A program made the translations under genes and the position numbers. A stretch of DNA of 32,000 nucleotides from Candidatus Heimdallarchaeota archaeon B3_Heim (GTDB lineage: Archaea > Asgardarchaeota > Heimdallarchaeia > Hodarchaeales > Hodarchaeaceae): contig NJBF01000018.1 in the NCBI GenBank assembly GCA_003144275.1, positions 46,214 to 78,213 of the forward strand, in the 5' to 3' direction. Below the pieces are notes generated by a model, which had not been told where the DNA came from, made no database searches, and was given only the letters and a program-made list of their open reading frames with translations. Below, piece by piece: positions 18,523 through 27,435 of the stretch. Numbering within the stretch: position 1 is the first letter of the stretch; every line of letters starts with the position of its first letter.

Positions 18523-19755
18523 ATGTTCTATCAAATACTAAAAAAGTCTTTATTCAAGCGTAAGGGACGTCTCATAATTGCTGTTATAGCTATTGTTATG
18601 GGAGTTACTATTCCTGCCGCAATGTTTACCGTCTCCCTTGATGTTAATAATAAAATTGGTGCTGAATTTAGAAAATTCGGTGCAAATTTGTTAATCGTTC
18701 CTAAATCCGATATTATACCAGTAGGTATAGGAGATATTAGTCTTACATCTGTTACGAATCAACAATACATCAATGAAACCGATATTTACAAAATTAAAAC
18801 AATTAATTGGTCAAAAAATATTCTAGGTTATGCTCCCTTCTTATATCAAGTTATTACTGCGAAAAGTAATGGCCAAGAACAACAGGTTGTGCTAACTGGC
18901 ACATGGTTTGAAAAAAACACAACCTTGGAAGATGGGACAAATTTTCTGACTGGTGTTAGACGAATTAATAGTTGGTGGTGGAGTGTTGAGGGTAATTGGA
19001 TCGGGGATTTAGAATTTTTTAATTTTAGCTCAACAACATGTATGATTGGAATTAATGTAGCGAAAAAAATGAATTTATCACTTGGAGACATTTTTAGTGT
19101 TACTTATCAAGATGAGGAGACACTTTCACTCGAAATTAGTGGTATTATTACAACTGGAGGCACAGAAGACAATCATATCTTTGTTCCGTTAGAAGTTGCT
19201 CAATACCTTACGGAGCAGACAAATGCCATTCATACCATACAGGTAAGTGCTTTATGTTCTGGATGTCCAATAGAGGATATCGCATCAGAAATCGAGTCTG
19301 AAATTAACTATATAGAAGCTAAAACGATTCTTCAGATGACTAATACTGAAATGAGCATACTTCATACCATAGAAATGATGATGACAATTGTTACTCTCAT
19401 TGCACTCTTGGCAACATTACTAGGAGTGAGTACTACTTTGACTACCTCGATTCTCGAGCGAAAAACTGAAATTGGATTAATGATGAGTATTGGAGCTGAA
19501 AACAGGAAGATAGCATCTTTATTTCTAACAGAATCACTACTAATTGGTGTAATGGGTGGATTTATTGGATTCATCATTGGTATTCTGGGTGCTCAATTCG
19601 TCAGTATCACAGTTTTTAATTCATTTGTTTCTCCGCAATTGATTGTTCTACCTATTATTCTTGTAATAGCAAGTATTGTCTCTCTTTTCGCGTCTATTAT
19701 TCCAATAAATCGAGCACTGAAGATTGAACCCGTTTTAGTATTGAGGGGTGACTAA
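18523..19755 (+). CDS. MacB/FtsX-type ABC transporter permease with extracytoplasmic CxxC
   Basis: N-terminal TM, FRKFGANLLIVP, large extracellular domain with SALCSGCP, ILERKTEIGLMMSIGA motif, 3 C-terminal TMs. Confidence 0.93.
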   Translation: MFYQILKKSLFKRKGRLIIAVIAIVMGVTIPAAMFTVSLDVNNKIGAEFRKFGANLLIVPKSDIIPVGIGDISLTSVTNQQYINETDIYKIKTINWSKNILGYAPFLYQVITAKSNGQEQQVVLTGTWFEKNTTLEDGTNFLTGVRRINSWWWSVEGNWIGDLEFFNFSSTTCMIGINVAKKMNLSLGDIFSVTYQDEETLSLEISGIITTGGTEDNHIFVPLEVAQYLTEQTNAIHTIQVSALCSGCPIEDIASEIESEINYIEAKTILQMTNTEMSILHTIEMMMTIVTLIALLATLLGVSTTLTTSILERKTEIGLMMSIGAENRKIASLFLTESLLIGVMGGFIGFIIGILGAQFVSITVFNSFVSPQLIVLPIILVIASIVSLFASIIPINRALKIEPVLVLRGD

Positions 19756-20432
19756 TGAGCAAAGAGTTAATAGTCTTAGACAATCTTTCAAAGATTTATG
19801 ATGGCTGTACGACAGCTTTAAACGAAATAAATCTTTCAATTAGCAGAGGAGATTGGACATCAATTACTGGCCCGAGTGGATCAGGTAAAACAACACTTTT
19901 GAACATGGTTAGCTGCTTAGACAAACCGACGTCTGGTTCAATTATGATTGGTGAAACCAAGATTAATGATCTTAATCAAACGGAATTAACTCGTTTTAGA
20001 CGAGAAAATATAGGGTTAATCTTTCAGCAACATTATCTAATACCCTATTTATCCGCTTTAGAGAATGTAATGTTACCTATGTATTATAATAATAATAAAG
20101 ACGAATCCATAGCAATCAAAACCTTGAAACGAGTCGGATTAGGACATCGTTTACATTCTATTCCAGCCAAATTGTCAGGTGGAGAACAACAAAGAGTATG
20201 TATAGCAAGATCGTTAATTAATAACCCAAGAATTCTGATTGCTGATGAACCAACTGGAAATCTTGACCAAAAAAATGGCCGAGTTGTTTTGAATTTAATA
20301 AAAGAAATACATGAAGCAGGGAATACTATTCTTTTAGTGACCCATAATTCAAAGATAGCAAGGGAAGGGGATAGAATTGTACAGATTATAGATGGAAAAG
20401 TATCAATGAGTAATATGACAGTAATTAATTAA
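19755..20432 (+). CDS. ABC transporter ATP-binding protein (LolD/MacB-like)
   Basis: Walker A GPSGSGKT, signature LSGGEQQ, Walker B ILIADEPTG, H-loop VTH; TAATG overlap with the permease. Confidence 0.96.
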   Translation: MSKELIVLDNLSKIYDGCTTALNEINLSISRGDWTSITGPSGSGKTTLLNMVSCLDKPTSGSIMIGETKINDLNQTELTRFRRENIGLIFQQHYLIPYLSALENVMLPMYYNNNKDESIAIKTLKRVGLGHRLHSIPAKLSGGEQQRVCIARSLINNPRILIADEPTGNLDQKNGRVVLNLIKEIHEAGNTILLVTHNSKIAREGDRIVQIIDGKVSMSNMTVIN

Positions 20433-20442
20433 TTCTGGAGCA

Positions 20443-20970
20443 ATGTTTAACATGAATAACAAACTAGAAGGAAATGATGAAATACCACATAAAGAAGAAT
20501 ACAGGGGATTTAGTAGCAAACATATGGTGCTTGCCGTTGTTTTTATATCGATCTTCAGTTTTGCATTAATAATCGGTTTACAAGAGATCCCTGAACAAGA
20601 AGTTATTGCAGCTAAGCAGGATGGAGAGAATTTAATAATTCAGCTGGATGATGTTACAGCTAAGGCCAAATTCTATTTTTATCAAATAGCTGATGTTAAA
20701 ATCAAATTTTTTGCAGTTTTAGGATTTGATAATCAACCCCATATAGCATTCGACGCCTGTGATGTCTGTTATGAAGCTAAACAAGGATATGCTCAAGAGG
20801 ATCCATATATGAGATGTCTAAATTGTGGTAATACATTTCTAGTAAGTGGAATTGGTACTGAAAATCTATCTGGTGGGTGCTGGCCTTCTCATTTACCCGT
20901 TATGATTACAGATGGTAAAATTATAATAAAAATATCCGATGTAATTCAAAAGCAGTTCATGTTCGATTAA
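20443..20970 (+). CDS. DUF2318 (FtrD/FetA-like) membrane-anchored Cys-cluster protein
   Basis: One N-terminal TM, then AFDACDVC...GY...RCLNCG...GGCWP, the Cys pattern typical of DUF2318. Confidence 0.88.
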   Translation: MFNMNNKLEGNDEIPHKEEYRGFSSKHMVLAVVFISIFSFALIIGLQEIPEQEVIAAKQDGENLIIQLDDVTAKAKFYFYQIADVKIKFFAVLGFDNQPHIAFDACDVCYEAKQGYAQEDPYMRCLNCGNTFLVSGIGTENLSGGCWPSHLPVMITDGKIIIKISDVIQKQFMFD

Positions 20971-21038
20971 GGGACAGTTATATTTCTTAGCATAACCCAA
21001 AAGACAACATTGATGAAATGTCTTAACATTGACTTGGA

Positions 21039-21911
21039 ATGGATTCTTTACAAATTATTTCAAATGCAATCGAAACAATACAACAGAGAACTTCTATTAG
21101 AACTTATGAAGTAGATTTATCCTTAGATAAGCAAATAGACATGATACAGCAATGCATTGATCATTTACCTACGAGTCCCTTTGGGGGATTCACACGATTT
21201 GAAGTACTCGAACTCCAAGGACTGAAAAAAGTTCAAAAATTAAAATTAGGAACGTATGGTTTTGTTAAAAAAGCTGAAAAATTCATTATTGGTATAATTA
21301 CAGAACCTTCTAAGTATGATCTGGAAAATATTGGATTTTTGTTTGAGTATCTAATATTGTATGCCACACAAATTGGATTAGGTACTGTATGGCTTGGAGG
21401 AACATTTAATCGAAATGCATTTGCTTCACAACTTAATTTACGTACGGGGGAGAGAATCCCAGTAATATCTCCAATTGGTTGGGCAGCTCAAAGGCAAACT
21501 CTTCGTTCGAAAGCCATAAAATCTATTGCTCGTTCAAGAGATCGAAAAATTTGGTCTCAAATATTTTTTGACTCAAATTTCAACACTCCTCTCTCAGTCG
21601 ATGAAGCAGATGAGTTTACGACTCCTTTAGAGATGATTAGACTTGCACCTTCTGCCTCAAATTCTCAACCCTGGAGAATTGTCAAAGAGCATAATAAAGG
21701 TATCTTTCACTTCTATCTCCATCGTAAAAGTTCTCGTTCTCATAATCTTATTAGCTGGCCTGAATTTTCCCGAATTGATCTTGGTATCGCAGTCTCGCAT
21801 TTTAACTTAACAGTTGAACAATTGCAATTGGATGGAAACTGGCTGATTGATAGACCTGATATTTCACGACCTGAAAACGTTGATTATCTCATTTCTTGGG
21901 CTGCTAAATAG
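21039..21911 (+). CDS. Nitroreductase-family protein (two-domain, TM1586-like)
   Basis: IQQRTSIRTY FMN-binding start, LGTVWLGG, RLAPSASNSQPWR, DLGIAVSHF. Confidence 0.9.
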   Translation: MDSLQIISNAIETIQQRTSIRTYEVDLSLDKQIDMIQQCIDHLPTSPFGGFTRFEVLELQGLKKVQKLKLGTYGFVKKAEKFIIGIITEPSKYDLENIGFLFEYLILYATQIGLGTVWLGGTFNRNAFASQLNLRTGERIPVISPIGWAAQRQTLRSKAIKSIARSRDRKIWSQIFFDSNFNTPLSVDEADEFTTPLEMIRLAPSASNSQPWRIVKEHNKGIFHFYLHRKSSRSHNLISWPEFSRIDLGIAVSHFNLTVEQLQLDGNWLIDRPDISRPENVDYLISWAAK

Positions 21912-21923
21912 CATAAAATGGAT

Positions 21924-22751
21924 TTATTTAAGTTTATTATCTTTTTGTGCAATAACACCCCTAAGAAAAGCCGCAGTGATTATTAATAGCACTACTAATA
22001 CGTTTAAAATCCAATTATGATAAAGAAAATCAGTATATATCAATGATAGACAGCTTCCAATTGGGAGAAGACAGTTGGCCAGTAGCTTTGCTGATGAAGG
22101 GAATTTATAAGAGAGCTTATACCTTAATATAATAGGTATAAAGCAAAGTGGTATTAATAGGAGGACTGCTTCACCCCATAGTGTGTTAAACCCATTCACA
22201 ATATATGAGATACCAATAATAACCGAAATAATGGTCCCTATGAGTATTCCATAACATCCCGTGCAAAAATATTTTCCCCGAAATCGAAATTCGTGACCAG
22301 ATTTTATGAGGTGAATAGGGTGATGTGAATGATTAATAGAAATCAAGCCAATTCTAGTTGAAATAATCCTAATTGATTTGCTATTGATGACATTGCATGA
22401 AGTATTTCTATGGGATTTACTTATTCGGATTCCTGATAAACTACCAGCAAGGATAGTGGATCCAAAAAGCGTTATTAAGATGGGTCCTTGTGAATTGAAG
22501 GCTTGGATAATTCCAATGAGAACTGAACTAAATAAAGCGCTTCCTAAGGCAATAAACAGTGGGAATATTGATATTTCCGGGGTTGAGCCACATGTACAGG
22601 TAGCATTTGAACATGCATCTGAGCAAGCTTGGTTACATGATTCTTCACAGTTTGCAGAACAGGATTCACTGCAGCTTTGGCAAAACGATTCAGTACAGCT
22701 TTGACAACATTCATCGGCGCAATTGTTTTCGGAAGTAGACATTTTATTCAC
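21924..22751 (-). CDS. Membrane protein with N-terminal Cys-every-fourth-residue repeat and a DUF2085-like His/CxxC module (start probably 22742)
   Basis: 13 Cys in 44 residues; about 6 TM segments; HSHHPIH...HEFRFRGKYFCTGCYG; AGGTGA RBS before the ATG at 22742. Confidence 0.8.
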   Translation of the reverse strand: MNKMSTSENNCADECCQSCTESFCQSCSESCSANCEESCNQACSDACSNATCTCGSTPEISIFPLFIALGSALFSSVLIGIIQAFNSQGPILITLFGSTILAGSLSGIRISKSHRNTSCNVINSKSIRIISTRIGLISINHSHHPIHLIKSGHEFRFRGKYFCTGCYGILIGTIISVIIGISYIVNGFNTLWGEAVLLLIPLCFIPIILRYKLSYKFPSSAKLLANCLLPIGSCLSLIYTDFLYHNWILNVLVVLLIITAAFLRGVIAQKDNKLK

Positions 22752-23055
22752 CTAGACAGTCATGAAGAGAAATTCGTAACGGACGAAGAGTGGAAATTTT
22801 TTGTAGCTTTGCTTTGATACTAGGATCTTTTTCTAGCAATTCCCGTGATTCATCTAAAGTTGCAGTAGAAAAGATGTAGACTCCAAATGGATCAGTTTCT
22901 TTAAGAGTAGGACCAGCTAAATACAGTTTTCCATGATTCATTAGATCCTGGAGATATTCAAAGTGCTCACTCATTATTTGACTCTCTGAATCAATTGGAT
23001 TGGTGACAAAATCCTTTCGGTAAGGATGAGTGATAGCAAAAAAGTGGGGAGACAT
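22744..23055 (-). CDS. YciI/YCII-related protein
   Basis: EHFEYLQDL...GKLYLAGP...GVYIF...ELLEKDP pattern; ~100 aa. Confidence 0.88.
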   Translation of the reverse strand: MSPHFFAITHPYRKDFVTNPIDSESQIMSEHFEYLQDLMNHGKLYLAGPTLKETDPFGVYIFSTATLDESRELLEKDPSIKAKLQKISTLRPLRISLHDCLGE

Positions 23056-23111
23056 AGATTTTACCTCACATATATGGAAATTCTTTTACATAAATTATTA
23101 TTTGAAATTCA

Positions 23112-23915
23112 TTATATTGGTTTTTGAAATACAGCAATAATGCGGATGCCTGATTTTCTGTCGTATGGTCTATCTTCATAAGATTGGAAATTTTCAATGA
23201 AGTTCAAGCCTGCTAGCTTTGCATAGAATTGAAGCTCTCGTAGATTGATCATAGATAACTCATGAATATCCTCATAAAGAAGAGTTTTCTTCTTGTCGTC
23301 TTTTTCGTCGCCTGATAATATGATACGAGCATGATGAGTCCAAGTTGTTCGATTTAGATCAATCTTAAACGATAGAACATAAAGGGCTTTTTTCCCATCA
23401 ATTTCTATATTTTGAGGTTCAGGAGGTTTGTAACTCTTAATAAGCCCATAAAAATTCATTAAATCGACGAGAAAGATACCTCCTGGACGTAACGCTCTAA
23501 AAATATTTCTAAAAGCAAGTGAAAACTCATCGCTAGATAACAGATAGGCCATGGATCCATTAATCCCAAAGATTAGTTGATACTTGTCGCTGCCAGATAA
23601 TGATTGATAAGATCCTTGAGTAACAGTAATCCTAGTATTAACTTGTTTGGCTTTCTTATGAGCAATTTTAATCATCCCTTCGAAAGGTTCCATACCTTCT
23701 ACTGCATAACCCTGTTGAGTTAATGGAATAAGAGTACGACCTGTTCCAGATCCCATATCAAGAATTATTTGCCCAGGATTCTTAGGTTCAAGATCTTTAT
23801 ACTTGAGAAACCATTGAATAAATTCCAGAGAGGAACTAGTTTCTTGAATATCGACTTGACCATAAAGACAATCATACCATTCAGGGAATTTTGTATATAG
23901 AGAGTCTTCTTTCAT
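23112..23915 (-). CDS. Class I SAM-dependent methyltransferase
   Basis: ILDMGSGTGR motif I, acidic residue after beta2 (GMEPF), LRPGGIFLVD. Confidence 0.92.
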   Translation of the reverse strand: MKEDSLYTKFPEWYDCLYGQVDIQETSSSLEFIQWFLKYKDLEPKNPGQIILDMGSGTGRTLIPLTQQGYAVEGMEPFEGMIKIAHKKAKQVNTRITVTQGSYQSLSGSDKYQLIFGINGSMAYLLSSDEFSLAFRNIFRALRPGGIFLVDLMNFYGLIKSYKPPEPQNIEIDGKKALYVLSFKIDLNRTTWTHHARIILSGDEKDDKKKTLLYEDIHELSMINLRELQFYAKLAGLNFIENFQSYEDRPYDRKSGIRIIAVFQKPI

Positions 23916-24005
23916 TGGCTATCCTTCTTGTGATGAGTAAGGAGAAGAATTTGCATTTAAAAAGTCTTATCGCGTAAAAAGTTCTCATCGATGATAGAGG
24001 ATAGT

Positions 24006-24227
24006 TCACTCATCCCCCACATACCAATTTTCTAGTAATGTGATAATAACATAAATTCCAAAATAAAAATAACAACAAGAAGGGATGAATTTCAAACTTA
24101 AATAGATCAATCAAGCTAACAAAAAGTGTGATTCCAATAACAGCTAGAATAGAAGATACAGGTGCTCTCTCCTGTAGCTTACGGTTAAGGGTTTTTTTAA
24201 CAAAAAGAGGTTCTAAGTAGAAGTCAT
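24006..24227 (-). pseudogene. Frameshifted small membrane-protein gene remnant
   Basis: Frames stitch to ...RAPVSSILAVIGITLFVSLIDLFKFEIHPFLLLFLF/GIYVIITLLENWYVGDE*; two single-base shifts are needed, one in a T-run. Confidence 0.35.
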
Positions 24228-24479
24228 TTTTCTGTTAGCACAGTAGTACATTGCTAACACTATTTATACAACAAGTCTCGCTTTAAAATATTCCACTTTC
24301 ATACACACCAAATACGAATTTAAGCTTCTTTTTGATCAATTCGTGCCAATTTTATCTCATATTAGAGAAAAATTATTAATACATCACGATATACGATAAT
24401 AGAAAACTTTTTAACATAAGTCATACTTCTGTTGTACAGAGTTAACAGAAAATTACAAGCACTTTAGTATGGGATTCTG

Positions 24480-24656
24480 ATGTTTAATCAAGCAAAGAAG
24501 AATACAGACGATCTTTATCAGTTTGATCCTGCTTCTTACGTTGATATGGCAAGAAAAATTATTGCTGAACATGAAAGAACTCATATAAGCTCTCATAGTG
24601 GATCAACTTCCTATTCTAAACTTGATTTACCCGACACTAAAGAACTCTATTGGTGA
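24480..24656 (+). CDS. Small hypothetical protein (58 aa), below the ORF-track cutoff
   Basis: MFNQAKKNTDDLYQFDPASYVDMARKIIAEHERTHISSHSGSTSYSKLDLPDTKELYW*; GGGA upstream; co-directional with and 62 bp before the next gene. Confidence 0.5.
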   Translation: MFNQAKKNTDDLYQFDPASYVDMARKIIAEHERTHISSHSGSTSYSKLDLPDTKELYW

Positions 24657-24718
24657 TTTCATATTAATCGTATTTTCTAGATCTCAGATGTTGTTAACAA
24701 TTACAAGGCGTTGAATTA

Positions 24719-25687
24719 TTGATGTTTGACCTGAACAAAAAGGGTAAAAAGTTTTTTGACGATGATGATGACGATTCGTTTGAATCTGTTAGTGAAGATT
24801 GGGCCTCTGATGAAGACGACAAGGAAGACGATCCTCTAATTACTGATGACGAGGATCCTGAAGAATTAATCCGATTTGCAGTGAAAGAAGCTCGTAAAGA
24901 AGGGAAACGTGTAGCACGACGTGTTACTCGTGCCGCTCGAGCCATTCGGACTCCTCGGACACCACGAGCTCCCCCTCTTCCACCTGTCCCGCCGTTACCA
25001 CCTCTTCCCCCTGAAATTGAGATTTTGAAATCTGATAAAGTTATCGGCATTCGTGGCTTAGATACTCGGCTGTATAAAGATCTTAGTAAGATTGCTCGCA
25101 AAAATGGTCTTAGTGTAGCAGACTTGATAAATCGACTATTTGCCAAATATCGTTATGATTCTGTAGGGGAAAATGGCAATACTATTAGTAATGTATCATC
25201 CCTTGAGCTCAATGAAGAAGAATTAGTCACTCTTGACGACGAGATTATCAATATAGTTGGAGTCAAAAACCTTCTCTTAAGTCCAGACATTACTCCTGAA
25301 ACTTTTCAAAAAATCAAACGTGTTGAAAATGTGGAACGAATCTGGGTTCCTTCTCATCTTTACTTACTTTTACTTAAAAAAGTTAAAAATTGTTATAAAA
25401 TTGAAAAATTCAAAGGTGATCGCTTACCTCAAGTAGTTCAAAAGAGTTTTGACTCTGATGTGCACCTGACGAGTTCATTTTTCGATTATTTTCTAGAAAC
25501 TGATCAACAGGTCGATTTAAGAGTATATGGAGAGTTAAGGATCGACACAGATGTTTCTCTAGATGATTTCAGGCAAGTAATCTATAATTTAGCAGTCGAT
25601 GGAGATATACATGCTCCTAAACATTTAATTGGATTGCTTTTTGCGACAGTGAAATGTTATGGTGAAATTGAGGCAACCAATGACTAA
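24719..25687 (+). CDS. Protein with acidic tract, basic/polyproline segment, ribbon-helix-helix-like motif and unknown C-terminal domains
   Basis: DDDDDD-rich N-terminus; RTPRTPRAPPLPPVPPLPPLPP; IGIRGLDTRLYKDLSKIARKNGLSVADLINRLF fits the RHH beta-alpha-alpha pattern. Confidence 0.8.
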   Translation: MMFDLNKKGKKFFDDDDDDSFESVSEDWASDEDDKEDDPLITDDEDPEELIRFAVKEARKEGKRVARRVTRAARAIRTPRTPRAPPLPPVPPLPPLPPEIEILKSDKVIGIRGLDTRLYKDLSKIARKNGLSVADLINRLFAKYRYDSVGENGNTISNVSSLELNEEELVTLDDEIINIVGVKNLLLSPDITPETFQKIKRVENVERIWVPSHLYLLLLKKVKNCYKIEKFKGDRLPQVVQKSFDSDVHLTSSFFDYFLETDQQVDLRVYGELRIDTDVSLDDFRQVIYNLAVDGDIHAPKHLIGLLFATVKCYGEIEATND

Positions 25688-25690
25688 TCC

Positions 25691-26716
25691 TCATAGTTCA
25701 TCTAAATTGCTGGGGATAATCTCTCTCTCCCCAGTTTCTATTTCTTTTATAAGTTGAGTTATATGTACATTAATTGGTGTTAGAACACCCAATTCTGTTC
25801 CTTTCCTGGCAATAAACCCGTTAATAAAATCAATTTCTGATCGTTGTCCACGTTCTAATGACCGTAAAGTTGAAGATTTTACAGCTCTATATGGTTCAAA
25901 GATTCTTTTCAACAACATGTGCTTCTTCACAATATCAGAGGGAGAATCAGTATCTGAAAGTGTTATGTCGCGTGGATGATAAGCCTCGTTTAATTGGAAT
26001 ACTTCTATGTTCTCTTTTTCTGCTATAGTAAATAGTTCTTTCATTATACCCATAAATAATTGAGCATATCGTTCATTATCAACTATTTCACCAATAGCTA
26101 AACCACTAAGGGCCCCTAAGCCATTAATTCCCGCATTTATTCCTAGTTTGGCGTACAACGCACCGAATATATTCTCTGTTACAGTTGTAGGTAAAAGATA
26201 CTCTAGTAGGTGTTTGACTTCCCTCAAACGATTTTTGTTTTCATGGTTTCCCAAGCTTCCGATATAGAAAGCACCATCAGAGGTACGTTCAATAGCTCCA
26301 GGCTTGATCATTTTTGATGCCCAAGCCACTACGGCTCCAATGACTCGATGTGGTTTAGTGATTCTAGCAATTTCCTCTTCTACTACCCCATTTTGTAGAG
26401 TTACTACAACACTATCTTCCATTAAGTACGGAAGTAGAGCTTCAGCTGCCCCACACGCATCCATTGCCTTCATTGCTAGAAAAACGATATCAAATTTACC
26501 TTCTAATTGGTTTATACTAGGTACTGCCTTTATAGGAACATATCGTTCCTTCTCCAAACCCTGTAATTTAATACCCTTTGTTTGAATGAGCTTTGCAAGG
26601 TCAGGATATTTTGTTACTACAGTTATATCAAATTGATTTTCCGCAATATGAGCTGCGACTGGACCACCAATCGCTCCAACGCCAATAACTGCAACTTTCA
26701 TTGACTGTTTTCTCAT
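25691..26716 (-). CDS. panE: 2-dehydropantoate 2-reductase (ketopantoate reductase)
   Basis: GVGAIGG Rossmann motif, FLAMKA, TLQNG, AKLGINAGIN, SSTLRSLERGQRSEIDFING. Confidence 0.9.
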   Translation of the reverse strand: MRKQSMKVAVIGVGAIGGPVAAHIAENQFDITVVTKYPDLAKLIQTKGIKLQGLEKERYVPIKAVPSINQLEGKFDIVFLAMKAMDACGAAEALLPYLMEDSVVVTLQNGVVEEEIARITKPHRVIGAVVAWASKMIKPGAIERTSDGAFYIGSLGNHENKNRLREVKHLLEYLLPTTVTENIFGALYAKLGINAGINGLGALSGLAIGEIVDNERYAQLFMGIMKELFTIAEKENIEVFQLNEAYHPRDITLSDTDSPSDIVKKHMLLKRIFEPYRAVKSSTLRSLERGQRSEIDFINGFIARKGTELGVLTPINVHITQLIKEIETGEREIIPSNLDEL

Positions 26717-27435
26717 TTCAAAAACACTTTCGATATTTCTGCATTTAATGCATCATTTACTTGGTCTGATCTCCCTGTTGATCGAATCTTTGCCACTTCA
26801 ACCCATAGTGGTGATTCTTGGACATTAATAATGAATTTTTCTAACTTCTGCATTGCTGAATACGATTGGCCTTGAAATACATATACGAATAGGTAGGGTT
26901 CGACATTTTTCAGAAGTAGAGTATTCTCTTCATGTTTAATCCTTTCTATCGAACCACTTAATGAAAACGCCTCTTGCATAAAGGCATTGATGGATGTTAA
27001 TAGTCCCCCTATCAACTGGTCTTGTAGAAAAGATTCAGATGGAAATGTTTTTGAAAATAAGCATAACCCTGCATCATCCAGGATCAATAGCATCATTGGA
27101 TCCTCTTCAGGGAGATTATCGTACTGAGTTCCCTTCCGTTCAAGAATAGCAGTCATCATGGATTCGAGTTCTGCCAATTCATATCGTTCTGTGATCGAAG
27201 CATTGCGTTCGATATAATCATTCCATTTTGCCATATCCTTAAGCAATGAGTCAAATTCATAAGAAATAGATTGAGCTAATCTATGTAATCCTTTCGTCTC
27301 TGCAATAATCTGTGCTTGACTAAGTAATCGCTGGCTCTCTTTGACATCGAGTTCTAATAATGCGAGTTTTGACTGTAAGCGATAGATCTCAGCAAGGTCA
27401 GAGAAACTTTTTTGAGATTCAGCGATTGATACCAT
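26713..27435 (-). pseudogene. C-terminal fragment of a TPR-helical + longin/roadblock-like protein
   Basis: Begins mid-helix (IAESQKSFSDLAEIYRLQSKLALLE). C-terminal LLILDDAGLCLFSKTF...QLIGGLLTSINAFMQE...IERIKH fits a longin-like fold. Stop overlaps the panE ATG. Confidence 0.65.

Noticed and set aside
18523-23915. RiPP cluster (Cys-rich precursor, nitroreductase-like oxidase, methyltransferase, ABC exporter)
   Set aside because: No YcaO, radical SAM or lanthionine enzyme is present. The Cys tract is fused to a polytopic membrane protein, the two operons are convergent, and the ABC context fits DUF2318 metal uptake better.
24694-25146. 150-aa antisense ORF
   Set aside because: Shadow of the low-complexity acidic/proline region of the plus-strand gene (Ser/Gly/Arg runs mirror its GAT and CCx codons).
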